Positions 26,150 to 36,315 are shown, counted from the stretch's first letter. The stretch is DNA of 64,000 nucleotides from Pseudomonadota bacterium (GCA_043798915.1 JAZDOG010000020.1:48520-112519); one strand, 5' to 3'. The notes: a model not told the origin generated them from the letters alone. Program-made: numbers and translations.

Positions 26150-29083
26150 TTAAGAGATTGGCTTCAGAATGACGCCGCGGCCGGAGCGGCCGTCGATGCG
26201 GGTGACAATAGGGGATGACAGCCTGATGTGTTTAATGAATCCAGTTTCCGCCGTCGCTGGTCTGTCTGCAAGCCACTGCCAGTCCACGAAGTCGGGGCCG
26301 CCCGCGACATCTATTGAAAGATATCCGATGTGGCTTGACGAAATATTGTGAAAGAAATGTGTTCCCTGTGATGGCTCGACGTCCATCTCCGGCGTCGATA
26401 TCTCGCCTATTACCTTGGCGTGCGATACCTGCGCATATGTGACCGGCAACCCCAGCCTCGGGTTCACCGTCCCCCATCTTCCAAATCCCAGGAGTATATA
26501 CGTCTCGCCCTTTGCGACCATCTCCGCGTTGAGCCTGCCGATCTCCGCCGCGATCTCCGCTGTGCGCAGCGGATCGAACGCTTCGGGTTTCACGTAGACC
26601 AGGTTTGAGATGTTGTCGAAGACGCCGTTGCCCATCGCCCTGTGGGTGGTGGCCACGCAGGCCTCTTTCCCGAAGCTCTCCACATCCACCTCTTCGGTCG
26701 CTTCGCTGGAGACGAGCGGCCGGACCTGGAGGAAGGCGAAGGAGGCTGGTTCGTCTTCGATCGGGAGGTTTGCCGCAAATTCGATCTCCACGGCGCAGCC
26801 CATCCCGTGTGAGCCGATGTCGAGAAGACGGTCGAGTATCGCCGGGAGCGGAAATGCCGATTCGTCAATCACCTTTTTGAACGTAAGGACCCGCTTGCCC
26901 GGGCGGTGAAGTCCCTCGTAGATGATATCATCCTCGGTGGAATAGACTCCGCCCAGGAGCTTCAACAACCCGTGTTCCTCCGCTGTGCCGAGGTCCAATG
27001 TGGCCAGCGTGACGCCCTCGTCGACGAGGGGGCCGCTTCGAGCGGTTGTCAGATCGAGGGCATGGAACTCGCGCTGCGAGCGGGCGACGATGTCGCGCGC
27101 CCTCCCAAATTGAGGCAGGATGCCTGGGTGTCTGGGCGAGAACCTCAGGGCGTTTCCACCCCTCACGGCCATGGTTCCGAGCCCCATGACCAGCTCCGCA
27201 ACGCCATCCTCCGGCTTCAAGTAGCCGACAGGGAAGTAGTTGTAGGACTGTGCGACACCGGCCATATCCGGGTAGTAGTAGTTTCCATGCCGTCTCCCCA
27301 CAACCTGCTGGACGAGCACGGCCATCTTTTCGCCTTCGATGGCGATCCGGTTCGCCTCCATGTAGGCCTTGGGATTGGCAAAAAATGTAGAGGCGTAGAC
27401 GAGCTTGATCGCGTTCAAAAAAGCATTGAGACGCTCCCCGAAATCGGGATTGTTGTTTGGGATGAAATAGGTCGTGTAGAGGCCGGCGAACGGCTGAGAG
27501 AGCGAATCCTCAGAGAGCGAGGAGGAACGAACCGCCAGCGGCTGATCGATGCGCTTGAGGAAGGAAGCCAGCTCGTCGACCTGCTTTTGCTCAAGCTGCC
27601 CCGCGAGAAAGCTCCTTGCGATCTCCTCGTCGTCGCTGGCCTCCATCGCCACCTTGTGGAGGCGGTTTCTGTCCAGAAATCGGTCGAACACGTCGGTGCC
27701 GATCGCCGCCGTCTGCGGGACGATGATGCGCTGGCCGTCGAAACTCCCGGCCGCGTCCGGATCGGCTAGGAGCCTTGCCATGAATGCTATTCCGCGGCCC
27801 TTTCCGCCGATCGAGCCCTCGCCGAAGCGGATGAACGGAATTGCGAGGTCGAAATCGCGCTCCGAGAAGCGCGCGATCGTTCCTTTGCGCTTTGCTATTC
27901 GCGTGGCTTTCAGGTCGCGCCTGAGCATCTGCCTCAAGTTCTCGATCGAGGCAAAATCTGAAAGCTGCATCGGTTTGAGCTTTGCGGCCAGCTCGAACTC
28001 GCCCCGCGCGAAGAGCCAGTTGGAGAAGTGGTTGCGCCTCGAGTGATAGTCGATCGACTCCTCGGGCACCCACGCGAGCACCTCCTCCATCTCGCGAAGC
28101 CTGTGGGCGCGGACCACCTCCGTGCCGTCGGGCATCCTGAAGACGAAGTCGCCGAATCCGAAGTAGGTCTGGATGAAGGTGCGCAGGCCGTGGAGGAGAT
28201 GGGGGGAATTCTTGTCGGCGAAGGAGGCCCCGAGCGTCTGGGCGCGCGCGGCGTTTCCGGTGTCCTGGGATTGCAGGAGTACGGGCACGTCGGGATTTTC
28301 GCCCTTTACGAGCTCGGTGAAGAAAAAGCCCGCCTGCGGGTCGACGGCCCCTCCACGGGGAAAGCGCACGTCGCTGATGATTCCGAGCAGGTTGGCGCGG
28401 TATTTGTTGTAGAGGGCCACCGCCTCCTCGTACGATTCGGCCATGAGTATCTTGGGGCGCGAGCTCAGCCTTCGGAGCTTCTCTTCGTCGCTCACCCCCT
28501 CGGAGATCAGCGCGCGGGTCTGCTGGAGTATCTCCGTGTAGATGAGCGGAAGGTAGGCGCTGTAGAAGGCGGGCGAGTCCTCGACGAGGATTATGGCGCG
28601 CACCTGCTCCTCGAGGCAGTCGCGTTCTGCGTTGACGCTATCCTCGAACATCTTGATGATCGCGAGGAAGAGGCGCGTGTCGCCGTGCCAGTAGAACGCC
28701 TTGTCGATTCCGCTGGTCTCGCGCCGTTTCGCAAACTGCGCGATGCGCCAGCTCTCCGGGGTGACGAGCGCCACCGGCAGCTCCGGGTGCATCGCCTTGA
28801 TGCTCTTCGCCATGTCGAAGACGCCCATGGCCTTGCCCACGCGCGTGCCGGTGATGACGAGATCGAATCTCTTCTCCTTCACCATAGCCAGCGCCTCGCC
28901 GGCCGCCGAGACGCGGGTGATCGCGGGCGCATTGGTGAGATGGAGGAGCGAGTATTCGTCGGAGATCCTGTCGGCCAGGAGCCCCTCCTCCTCCATGATG
29001 TAGAGTTCGTAGGGGCTCGACACGAGGAGTATCTCGTGCACGCGCTGACCCATGAGCCGGTGGCTGTCGTGTGTGAACGCCAT
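26150..29083 (-). CDS. Receiver-like domains fused to a PEP/pyruvate-binding (PPDK_N, ATP-grasp) domain
   Basis: IILVEDSP, GIISDVRFP; GGKGRG, LAVRSSSLSEDS..PFAGLY, MAVLVQQVVG, GLGT, EIEFA, LQVRP, SQGTHFF. Confidence 0.8.
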   Translation of the reverse strand: MAFTHDSHRLMGQRVHEILLVSSPYELYIMEEEGLLADRISDEYSLLHLTNAPAITRVSAAGEALAMVKEKRFDLVITGTRVGKAMGVFDMAKSIKAMHPELPVALVTPESWRIAQFAKRRETSGIDKAFYWHGDTRLFLAIIKMFEDSVNAERDCLEEQVRAIILVEDSPAFYSAYLPLIYTEILQQTRALISEGVSDEEKLRRLSSRPKILMAESYEEAVALYNKYRANLLGIISDVRFPRGGAVDPQAGFFFTELVKGENPDVPVLLQSQDTGNAARAQTLGASFADKNSPHLLHGLRTFIQTYFGFGDFVFRMPDGTEVVRAHRLREMEEVLAWVPEESIDYHSRRNHFSNWLFARGEFELAAKLKPMQLSDFASIENLRQMLRRDLKATRIAKRKGTIARFSERDFDLAIPFIRFGEGSIGGKGRGIAFMARLLADPDAAGSFDGQRIIVPQTAAIGTDVFDRFLDRNRLHKVAMEASDDEEIARSFLAGQLEQKQVDELASFLKRIDQPLAVRSSSLSEDSLSQPFAGLYTTYFIPNNNPDFGERLNAFLNAIKLVYASTFFANPKAYMEANRIAIEGEKMAVLVQQVVGRRHGNYYYPDMAGVAQSYNYFPVGYLKPEDGVAELVMGLGTMAVRGGNALRFSPRHPGILPQFGRARDIVARSQREFHALDLTTARSGPLVDEGVTLATLDLGTAEEHGLLKLLGGVYSTEDDIIYEGLHRPGKRVLTFKKVIDESAFPLPAILDRLLDIGSHGMGCAVEIEFAANLPIEDEPASFAFLQVRPLVSSEATEEVDVESFGKEACVATTHRAMGNGVFDNISNLVYVKPEAFDPLRTAEIAAEIGRLNAEMVAKGETYILLGFGRWGTVNPRLGLPVTYAQVSHAKVIGEISTPEMDVEPSQGTHFFHNISSSHIGYLSIDVAGGPDFVDWQWLADRPATAETGFIKHIRLSSPIVTRIDGRSGRGVILKPIS

Positions 29084-29200
29084 GGCCCGAATAAACCAGA
29101 ATCGGTGCTGCTGCGCAACTGTCTTCCCTCTCGAATATTACCTGTTGAAAGGGTTTCTGGTTTTAATTAGTGTGAAGCCTTGGTTTTTTATCGAGGCGCC

Positions 29201-30655
29201 ATGGGCTGGGACAAAAAAGAGCTGGAGGCATTGCCGGCGAAGGGCGGTGTGATAATGGCCGGCGACGACCGGCTCGAGACCTATTCCGAAGATTCGATGA
29301 TGCGCGGCCGCCCGGATGCGGTCCTCGTCGCCCGCGACGAGCAGGAGGTCGCCGAGGCGATGGCCTGGTGCAACGCCAAGCTGATCCCGGTCACCCTGTG
29401 CGGATCTCAGACATCCATGACCGGCGCATCTGTGCCTATGGAGGGGCTCGTCATATCGACCGAGAAGCTCGAGGGGCTGGTCGACATATATAGCGATGGG
29501 GACAGGAACTTTGCCGTCGTCCGCCCCGGCACCGTGGTGGCGGATTTTCAGAGGGCGGTGGCCGATGCAGGTTTTTTCTATCCGGTTGCGCCCACGTCGC
29601 GGGACGAGTGCCGCATAGGCTCGAACGTCGTGACCAACGCCACGGGCGAGGATTCGCACAAATACGGGCCGGCCAGGCCACATGTGAAGGGCGTCGAGCT
29701 CATCCTCCCATCCGGCGAGAGGCGCATCTTAGAGCGCCAGGCAGGCGAAAAACCGTCGTGGGATAGAAATCGCGCGGGATATTTCGTGGGCTGGAAGAAT
29801 CCGATCGATCTCATCATCGGCTCCGAGGGCACCTTGGGTTTCGTATCGAGGGCGACGTTTGAACTCCTGCCGGCATCGAGGGACTTCTTCTCGGCGCTCA
29901 TCCCGCTCCCTTCCAATGATGTTGCGCTGAGGCTCGTCGTAGAGATAGCGCAGAGGCGCCGGGATATCTCGCCGCGCACGCTGGAGTTTATAGACGGCAA
30001 CGCGCTTGAGGTCATGCGCACGGCCGACGGTTTCCCCGCGATCCCGGGTGAGGCGCGCGCCTTCCTCTATATCAAGCAGGAGTTTGAGGGGGACTCGGAT
30101 CGCGACAGGCAGCTTGAGCTCTGGTACGAGGCGGCGCTGCCGTTTGCCGGCCGGGCGCTGGCCGACAATATCCTCATCGCGAGCACGTTCAAGGAGAGGG
30201 AGAACTTCCGCCTCTGGCGGCATCATATACCCGAGACCGAGAACGAGACCGGGCGCAAGTTCTGGGCCGACGGCGGCGGGAAGGTCGGGAGCGACTGGTG
30301 GGTTCCGATCGATCGGCTCCTCGAGATGATGAAATTCTTCTACGAGACAGTCGGTGCGACCGGACTGTCGCATATAGCCTACGCGCACATAGGGGCCGGG
30401 CATCCGCACACGAACATTCAGACGAGGAATGCAAAAGAGAAGGCCATCGCGCTCGACGCCCTCAGGGCGTGCTGCAGAAGGGCCGTGGAATTGGGAGGCG
30501 GAGTCGCTGGCGAACATGGAATCGGGAAGATCCATACCGACCTCGTGCCGATACAGCATTCATCAGCCATCATAGAGCAGATGCGGAAGTGGAAGAGCGA
30601 ATACGATCCGAACTGGATATTGGGGAGAGGGAATATATTCGAACGGAAACCGTGA
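29201..30655 (+). CDS. FAD-binding oxidoreductase (GlcD / D-lactate dehydrogenase family)
   Basis: TSMTGAS, IGSNVVTNA, IGSEGTLG, AHIGAGHPH, GEHGIG. Confidence 0.88.
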   Translation: MGWDKKELEALPAKGGVIMAGDDRLETYSEDSMMRGRPDAVLVARDEQEVAEAMAWCNAKLIPVTLCGSQTSMTGASVPMEGLVISTEKLEGLVDIYSDGDRNFAVVRPGTVVADFQRAVADAGFFYPVAPTSRDECRIGSNVVTNATGEDSHKYGPARPHVKGVELILPSGERRILERQAGEKPSWDRNRAGYFVGWKNPIDLIIGSEGTLGFVSRATFELLPASRDFFSALIPLPSNDVALRLVVEIAQRRRDISPRTLEFIDGNALEVMRTADGFPAIPGEARAFLYIKQEFEGDSDRDRQLELWYEAALPFAGRALADNILIASTFKERENFRLWRHHIPETENETGRKFWADGGGKVGSDWWVPIDRLLEMMKFFYETVGATGLSHIAYAHIGAGHPHTNIQTRNAKEKAIALDALRACCRRAVELGGGVAGEHGIGKIHTDLVPIQHSSAIIEQMRKWKSEYDPNWILGRGNIFERKP

Positions 30656-30668
30656 AACGGGAGGCCAA

Positions 30669-31829
30669 ATGGATTTCAACCTTACGCCAGAGCAGTCGAT
30701 GCTTCGCAGCGCGGTCCGCGAGTTCGCGGAGGGCGAGATAGCGCCCCGGGTCGAAGAGCTGGACCTGAGCGAAAAATTCTCATGCGAGCTGACGCGAAAG
30801 ATGGCGGGCATCGGTCTCTTCGGCATAACGGTCGATCCGAAATACGGCGGGCAGGGGATGGACTACCTCTCCTATGCCATAGCTGTCGAGGAGCTCTCTC
30901 GCATCGATGCGTCGCAGGCGGCGACTGTGGCAGCGGCCAACTCCCTGGGGATAGGTCCTCTCTACAAGTTCGGGAGCGAGGAACAGAAGCAGAAATATCT
31001 CCCCGACCTCTGTGCTGGAAAGAAACTCTGGGGCTTTGGGCTGACCGAGCCTGATGCGGGCTCAGACGCCGCCGGCACAAAGACGTGCGCCGAGCTCAAA
31101 GGCGACGGCTGGGTCATCAACGGATCTAAGATATTCATCACGAACGCCGCCAACGAGATGACCTCAGGGGTCACCGTTCAATGCGTCACGGGAAAGCGCC
31201 CCGACGGAAAAAACGAGCTCTCCTGCATCATCGTGGAGAGCGGGACGCCCGGCTTCACGCAGAAGGAGATGCACAAGAAGATGGTGTGGCGATCGTCGAA
31301 CACCGCCGAGCTCTATTTCGACGATGTGAAGGTCCCGGAGGGAAACATCGTCGGCAGGCGCGGAGAGGGTTTCAAGCAGATGCTGGACACGCTCGACTCT
31401 GGCCGCCTCGCCATTGCAGCCATGGGGCTCGGCGGCGCGCAGGGTGCGTATGAACTCGCGCTGAAATATGCGAAGGAGCGGCGGCAGTTCGGCCAGGCCA
31501 TATCCACATTCGAGGTGAACGCGTTCAAACTGGCCGACTGCGCCACAGAGATCGCGGCGGCGCGCTCGCTCCTCTACAAGGTGTGCTGCCTCAAAGATGC
31601 GCACAAGCCGTTTGCCACCGAGGCGGCTATGGCCAAACTCTATTGCTCCGAGGTCATGGGCCGTGTCGTGAACCACGCCGTCCAGCTCCACGGATGCTAT
31701 GGCCTCATGGAGGAGTACAAGGTGTCGCGCTTCTATCGCGACCAGAAGCTCCTCGAGATAGGCGAAGGCACGAGCGAGATACAGAGGCTGGTAATCGCGC
31801 GCGCGATAGGATGTTTCACCAGCTCCTGA
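30669..31829 (+). CDS. Acyl-CoA dehydrogenase
   Basis: FGLTEPDAGSD, NGSKIFITN, ERRQFG, QLHGCYG, EIGEGTSEIQR. Confidence 0.95.
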   Translation: MDFNLTPEQSMLRSAVREFAEGEIAPRVEELDLSEKFSCELTRKMAGIGLFGITVDPKYGGQGMDYLSYAIAVEELSRIDASQAATVAAANSLGIGPLYKFGSEEQKQKYLPDLCAGKKLWGFGLTEPDAGSDAAGTKTCAELKGDGWVINGSKIFITNAANEMTSGVTVQCVTGKRPDGKNELSCIIVESGTPGFTQKEMHKKMVWRSSNTAELYFDDVKVPEGNIVGRRGEGFKQMLDTLDSGRLAIAAMGLGGAQGAYELALKYAKERRQFGQAISTFEVNAFKLADCATEIAAARSLLYKVCCLKDAHKPFATEAAMAKLYCSEVMGRVVNHAVQLHGCYGLMEEYKVSRFYRDQKLLEIGEGTSEIQRLVIARAIGCFTSS

Positions 31830-32373
31830 CGGGTCCTGCGTCGATGTGAACGAAATTGCTTGAGTGGTATACCCCGACGCCTCCGGATTCGAGTGAGCGG
31901 GCGTAATGGCCGAGCTCCTCTTTCCCGATCCCGGCAAGCCGGATGTCCATCGCGAGCCCCTTCATGTGCAGGCTGTCATGCGCGACGCGCTTTATTCGCC
32001 GCTTGAGCGCGGCGTTGTATTCCGGGCTCCTGTAGCCGGAGACGACCATCACCCCGTCCACGCCGAAGTGATCCTGGATGTGGTCGATGAGTTCGATGAG
32101 CTTTAAAGATATCGGGAATGTCTCATGGTCGCCGTGGCAGCGCAGCACCCGCTCGACGGCGTCGAGAGCCGATTCGTTGTAGGCGCCGGAGGCATCCCGA
32201 TACACGATCGACAGGCGCTCCCCCGTCTGCACATCGGTGAAGTTGACCCGGCCGTCGCCGGTCAAGCGGAACACGGATTCGTGAAGAACCGCGGTCTCGA
32301 TCTGTGAGATGCCCGAAAGGAGCAAAATGGTCGCGATGGCCGCTGTAAAGGCTATCCTTGTCTTCAATTTCAT
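31816..32373 (-). CDS. YcbK/DUF882 (peptidase M15-like) protein
   Basis: SGYRSPEYN, SLHMKGLAMDI, GGVGVY, FVHIDAG; N-terminal signal/TM. Confidence 0.88.
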   Translation of the reverse strand: MKLKTRIAFTAAIATILLLSGISQIETAVLHESVFRLTGDGRVNFTDVQTGERLSIVYRDASGAYNESALDAVERVLRCHGDHETFPISLKLIELIDHIQDHFGVDGVMVVSGYRSPEYNAALKRRIKRVAHDSLHMKGLAMDIRLAGIGKEELGHYARSLESGGVGVYHSSNFVHIDAGPVRSW

Positions 32374-32457
32374 CCTCCGTTACTATATGCATCCATATAT
32401 ATCTATCGGCCCAAAAGCCTTGGAAGTTGCGTAAAAAATTCAAAAAAAGAGGTATTT

Positions 32458-33360
32458 GTGAAATTGTCTTGTGTTATCGCTATGTTAGCTCTCCAGCTCT
32501 CCGCTGGAATTTTGTGGGCAACGCCGCCGGCCGCTCCGGGACAGGAGAGCACGGGCCGGCTTTCAATCTACAATTTCCACGAGGACGAGTACCTGGATAT
32601 CGTCTACAAAGAGGGCGGGAAATACCGTCCGGAGGCCCTGAAGGAGATCTCCCGCCTCATGCGTTCGCGGGGCGACGGAACCGAGCGTCCGGTCGATCCT
32701 CGCCTGATAGAGCTCATCGATCAGATCCAGCACCATTTCGGCGCCGAGACCGTTGAGCTGATATCTGGCTACAGGAGCCCGTCCTACAACCGCTCCCTCT
32801 CGCTCGGGGGACGCGGGGTGGCGAGCGAGAGCCTCCATATGCGTGCCCAAGCCGCCGATATACATCTCGACGAGATACGCGAGGAAGAGCTCTTCAACTA
32901 TGCCAAAAAGCTGGGCGTCGGGGGCGCCGGCATCTACCCCAGATTCGCCTTCGTCCACGTGGATGTGGGTCCGCCGCGAACCTGGCAGGAGGGGAGGGCA
33001 CAATCGAGGGTGCTCGTCGGAACTCAGAACAACCCGAACTCGAGCTGGTCCATGCTGACCGACAAGGATATCTACGCCAGGGGCGAGGCGCTTTCATCGA
33101 AGATCACAAACGGCGACTATCGGAAAGGGCGCCTGGTGAAGAATGTCTGGATAGAGCGCTTTCGCCGGGGCAAGTGGTCGGATCAGACGAGGCTGGAAGA
33201 AAAGCCATCGGTCGTGTCGCTCGAACCGAACGAGGCCACCGAATACGGCTGGCGGATCCCGGACGAGCAGCCGTTTGGAAAATACCGGCTGGTGATATTC
33301 ACGAGCAAGGATTTTTCCATTCCGCCGGTCTATTCTAACGAATTTTATATCAAGCACTGA
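32458..33360 (+). CDS. YcbK/DUF882 (peptidase M15-like) protein with extra C-terminal beta-rich domain
   Basis: Signal peptide; VDPRLI, SGYRS, SLHMRAQAADI, FVHVDVG; tail TDKDIYARGE...GKYRLV...YSNEFYI. Confidence 0.85.
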   Translation: MKLSCVIAMLALQLSAGILWATPPAAPGQESTGRLSIYNFHEDEYLDIVYKEGGKYRPEALKEISRLMRSRGDGTERPVDPRLIELIDQIQHHFGAETVELISGYRSPSYNRSLSLGGRGVASESLHMRAQAADIHLDEIREEELFNYAKKLGVGGAGIYPRFAFVHVDVGPPRTWQEGRAQSRVLVGTQNNPNSSWSMLTDKDIYARGEALSSKITNGDYRKGRLVKNVWIERFRRGKWSDQTRLEEKPSVVSLEPNEATEYGWRIPDEQPFGKYRLVIFTSKDFSIPPVYSNEFYIKH

Positions 33361-33361
33361 C

Positions 33362-34108
33362 ATGCAATACTCGATTTCATTTCCGGAGGCGGGCGATACG
33401 CTGGCTCTGAGGCTTGGCGAGCTTGGGCTCCCTGCGCAGGTAGTGCTGACCGACAATGTGAGAACGATCCTCTCCATCAGGCGAGGCAAACCGGCGGCGT
33501 CTCTGCGGGTTCACAGGTGCTTCGCCTCTGCCCCCGACGAGGTGGTCGATGCGCTCGCGCGATTTATCCGTCGCGGCGACAAGGCTGCCAGGGCCGAGAT
33601 CAGCAGGTTCTTCCGCGCGCAGCCGGAGATCGTTTCGCATGTCCCGCGCCGGCGCGCGATGGATATCAGGCCTTCCGGAGAACACCACGATCTTGCGGAG
33701 ATACTCAGTGATATCAGCCGCCGCTTCTTTGACGGGGCTGTTGGCGCGAGGATCACATGGGGCCGTGGTCGCTTGAAGAGACCGAGGCGCGGACGACGCT
33801 CGCGCCATATAACCCTGGGCAGCTACTCCTCGAAGGAAAAACTGATAGTCATTCACCCGAACCTCGACCGGCCGCGCGTGCCGCGGCGCGTGGTCGAATC
33901 GATCGTCTTCCACGAGATCTGCCACGAGGTCGCCGGAGAGGCCCAAGGCGGCAAGCGGAGGCGCCTGCACACCAGGGAGTTTCGCGAGCTGGAGCGGGGC
34001 TATCCGCATTTTGCCCAAGCCGGGGAATGGGTGAGGAAGAATCTGGACTATCTCCTTAAAAATGAGCTGAAGAGTGAGAAGATAAAGGGAGGAAATAATT
34101 CCCTGTGA
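33362..34108 (+). CDS. SprT/YgjP-like zincin metallopeptidase
   Basis: ITWGR, LGSY, IHPNLD, IVFHEICHE (HExxH), HTREFRELE. Confidence 0.8.
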   Translation: MQYSISFPEAGDTLALRLGELGLPAQVVLTDNVRTILSIRRGKPAASLRVHRCFASAPDEVVDALARFIRRGDKAARAEISRFFRAQPEIVSHVPRRRAMDIRPSGEHHDLAEILSDISRRFFDGAVGARITWGRGRLKRPRRGRRSRHITLGSYSSKEKLIVIHPNLDRPRVPRRVVESIVFHEICHEVAGEAQGGKRRRLHTREFRELERGYPHFAQAGEWVRKNLDYLLKNELKSEKIKGGNNSL

Positions 34109-35109
34109 AAAAACGATTTGCCGACATAAATATCTTGAAAGGGATAGGCATTATCCTGGTCGTATGGGGACATATTGGCATCACTTGTTCGTACGATAGC
34201 GGGGCTTACCTGCCATGGTATGAGATCAAGAGTATAATTTATTCATTTCACATGCCGCTATTTTTTATAGTTTCGGGTTTTCTCGCGGCGTATTCTACTG
34301 AGAACAGGCAAATTGATTACCTTGCTTATGTAAAAAAAATTGTCCCCAGATTTGTCATCCCGTTTTTTTCTTTTTCACTCATTATAGCCACAGCTAAGCT
34401 TTTATCTGTTCATTTCTCACAATCGGGTCTGATGTACCCGGTAAGCGTTGGTACGATTTATTGGAATTTCATAAACCCCTATTTTGGATATGCTCCTCTG
34501 CTCTGGTTTATCTACACATTATTCATTATTCAGCTGGCATATCCATTGCTTGTTCGTTTGCTGGAGCATGATGCGCTTGTGCTCGTCATCTCGCTGCTCT
34601 TTACCCCATATGATTTGCCTGCCGTTTTCTGCATAGGCCCGGTTGTTATCCACCTGCCGTTCTTTGCCATTGGAAGCATTCTTTTTAAAACAAATTTCAG
34701 GCAGCCATCGATGAAAAAAATACACATCCTTTGGTCGTGTGTTGCAATTATGCTATTTGCAATGCTCCATGTATACTTCTGGCATGCTACTTTTTCATAT
34801 TTTTTCTTGGGGTGTTTAGGGACATATGTCTGTTGGGTGCTTTCCAGTATGCTGGCTGAAATCAAATTATATTTTATGGAGTATATAGGGAAAATAAGTT
34901 TGGATATATATTTATGGCATACTACTTTCAACGGAGTCTTTCTATTTATGTTCTCAATAATTTTACCTGCAAACTCGTTTTGGCTTCTTGCGGTGACGGT
35001 GTGTTTCTCGATAGTTTTAGTGAACGTATGCCTGGCTAAGATTTTAGTCAGGTTTCCTAAGATATGCTATGCGCTCTATGGCAGGGCGGCTGAAGCTAAC
35101 TCAATGTGA
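34105..35109 (+). CDS. Acyltransferase family 3 (OafA-like membrane O-acyltransferase)
   Basis: LKGIGIILVVWGH, IYSFHMPLFFIVSGF, LWFIYTLF, IGKISLDIYLWH; AT-rich. Confidence 0.88.
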   Translation: MKKRFADINILKGIGIILVVWGHIGITCSYDSGAYLPWYEIKSIIYSFHMPLFFIVSGFLAAYSTENRQIDYLAYVKKIVPRFVIPFFSFSLIIATAKLLSVHFSQSGLMYPVSVGTIYWNFINPYFGYAPLLWFIYTLFIIQLAYPLLVRLLEHDALVLVISLLFTPYDLPAVFCIGPVVIHLPFFAIGSILFKTNFRQPSMKKIHILWSCVAIMLFAMLHVYFWHATFSYFFLGCLGTYVCWVLSSMLAEIKLYFMEYIGKISLDIYLWHTTFNGVFLFMFSIILPANSFWLLAVTVCFSIVLVNVCLAKILVRFPKICYALYGRAAEANSM

Positions 35110-35139
35110 AAGTCGCAATGATTGACCTTGGGAGGCCGT

Positions 35140-35532
35140 ATGATGTATGTCGTTGCGATCGCCGTCCTCGTGATTTTCTCCATCATTCTCACGAAAATAA
35201 GAGACGTATGCCGCAACGCCGCCCTCTTTAGAAATATTTGTAATTCTACTGTAATGCGCGGTTCAGAGGAGGCCCCTTTTGTCGAGTGGCTTCTCGAAAA
35301 GCCAAATCGAAATGAACAGAAAAACATCTTTCTGCAACTTATGACCGAACGAGGCCTTTCCAAGGCCCAATGCGCCGAATCGGTGGTTCGGTGTATTAAA
35401 AACTCACGGATGCCAGACGGAAAGCCGTTCGGCCAGCTGCTTTCGTTTGAAATCAATAGTCATGTTTCGCCGGATGATCCGGCGAAGGAGCTTCTCTCGG
35501 AGGCGAAGGCGAGATTGACTGCGCTGGATTGA
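35140..35532 (+). CDS. Hypothetical protein with N-terminal TM
   Basis: GGAGG RBS before ATG; no recognised family. Confidence 0.55.
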   Translation: MMYVVAIAVLVIFSIILTKIRDVCRNAALFRNICNSTVMRGSEEAPFVEWLLEKPNRNEQKNIFLQLMTERGLSKAQCAESVVRCIKNSRMPDGKPFGQLLSFEINSHVSPDDPAKELLSEAKARLTALD

Positions 35533-35561
35533 GTTTTATATATTCCGTACCCAAATTTCCT

Positions 35562-35593
35562 CTTGTCCTTCGTTCCCGGCCGCCATATACACT
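35562..35593 (+). promoter_or_regulatory. Promoter-like repeat, copy A
   Basis: CTTGTCCTTCGTTCCCGGCCGCCATATACACT, 27/32 identical to 40265-40296. Confidence 0.6.
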
Positions 35594-35620
35594 GCTTCCA
35601 TACCACTTAAAGGGGGGAAT

Positions 35621-36250
35621 ATGAACAACCTGGCTTACAGTTCGCAAAAACCGGAAGAAGTAGCTTCAAAGGTGGAGGAGTTGTTGAGGAAGGAGCTCAA
35701 CTCACAGAGCCCGATACAGTATCAGATCGAGGATGAAGGCGCGAGCAGGACAAGCCTTGGCAGCATATTGAAAGAGAGCGCGGGCCTTCTGCTCGGCGGC
35801 CGGGAGGAAGTAAAGCTGTTCACAATCGTCTTCAATATAACGCAGCCGCGCCCGATTACGCTCAGAGTTCACTTGAACAAGCAGGGAATCGGCTGCCACG
35901 CAGGTTCGCTTTTGTACACGTCCAATATTTCCAAACCTGTGAGCGGCGAAGCCTCGCTCGAGGAACCGAAGATGCTGGGGGCGTCCAAATTCAAGGGGGC
36001 CACAGATGTGGCTGAAAAACTGAACGGCAATAAGGACCTCCTTAAATTATGCGGCAAATTCGCCAGGACCGAAGGCAACAGCGGCGGAATAAAGCTGACG
36101 GTGCCGCGCATCTGCAAGGTCGTGCCGGCGGGGGCGGGGACGATGCTGGTGATCAACACTTTGCCGAGGCCGACGTCGATGGGGTTTGGCGCCGCCATGG
36201 ATGCCAAGGATTTTTTCAGCATCGCAGAGCTGGTGGAAAAAGCGCTGTAG
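35621..36250 (+). CDS. Hypothetical protein
   Basis: 209-aa ORF with AAGGGGG RBS and upstream promoter-like element; no recognised family. Confidence 0.7.
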   Translation: MNNLAYSSQKPEEVASKVEELLRKELNSQSPIQYQIEDEGASRTSLGSILKESAGLLLGGREEVKLFTIVFNITQPRPITLRVHLNKQGIGCHAGSLLYTSNISKPVSGEASLEEPKMLGASKFKGATDVAEKLNGNKDLLKLCGKFARTEGNSGGIKLTVPRICKVVPAGAGTMLVINTLPRPTSMGFGAAMDAKDFFSIAELVEKAL

Positions 36251-36315
36251 CCGATAAGCTCATCAAAATTGAATATGGGTCACGGGCGTTGTGACTGTCG
36301 ACCGGGAGGCTGGCG

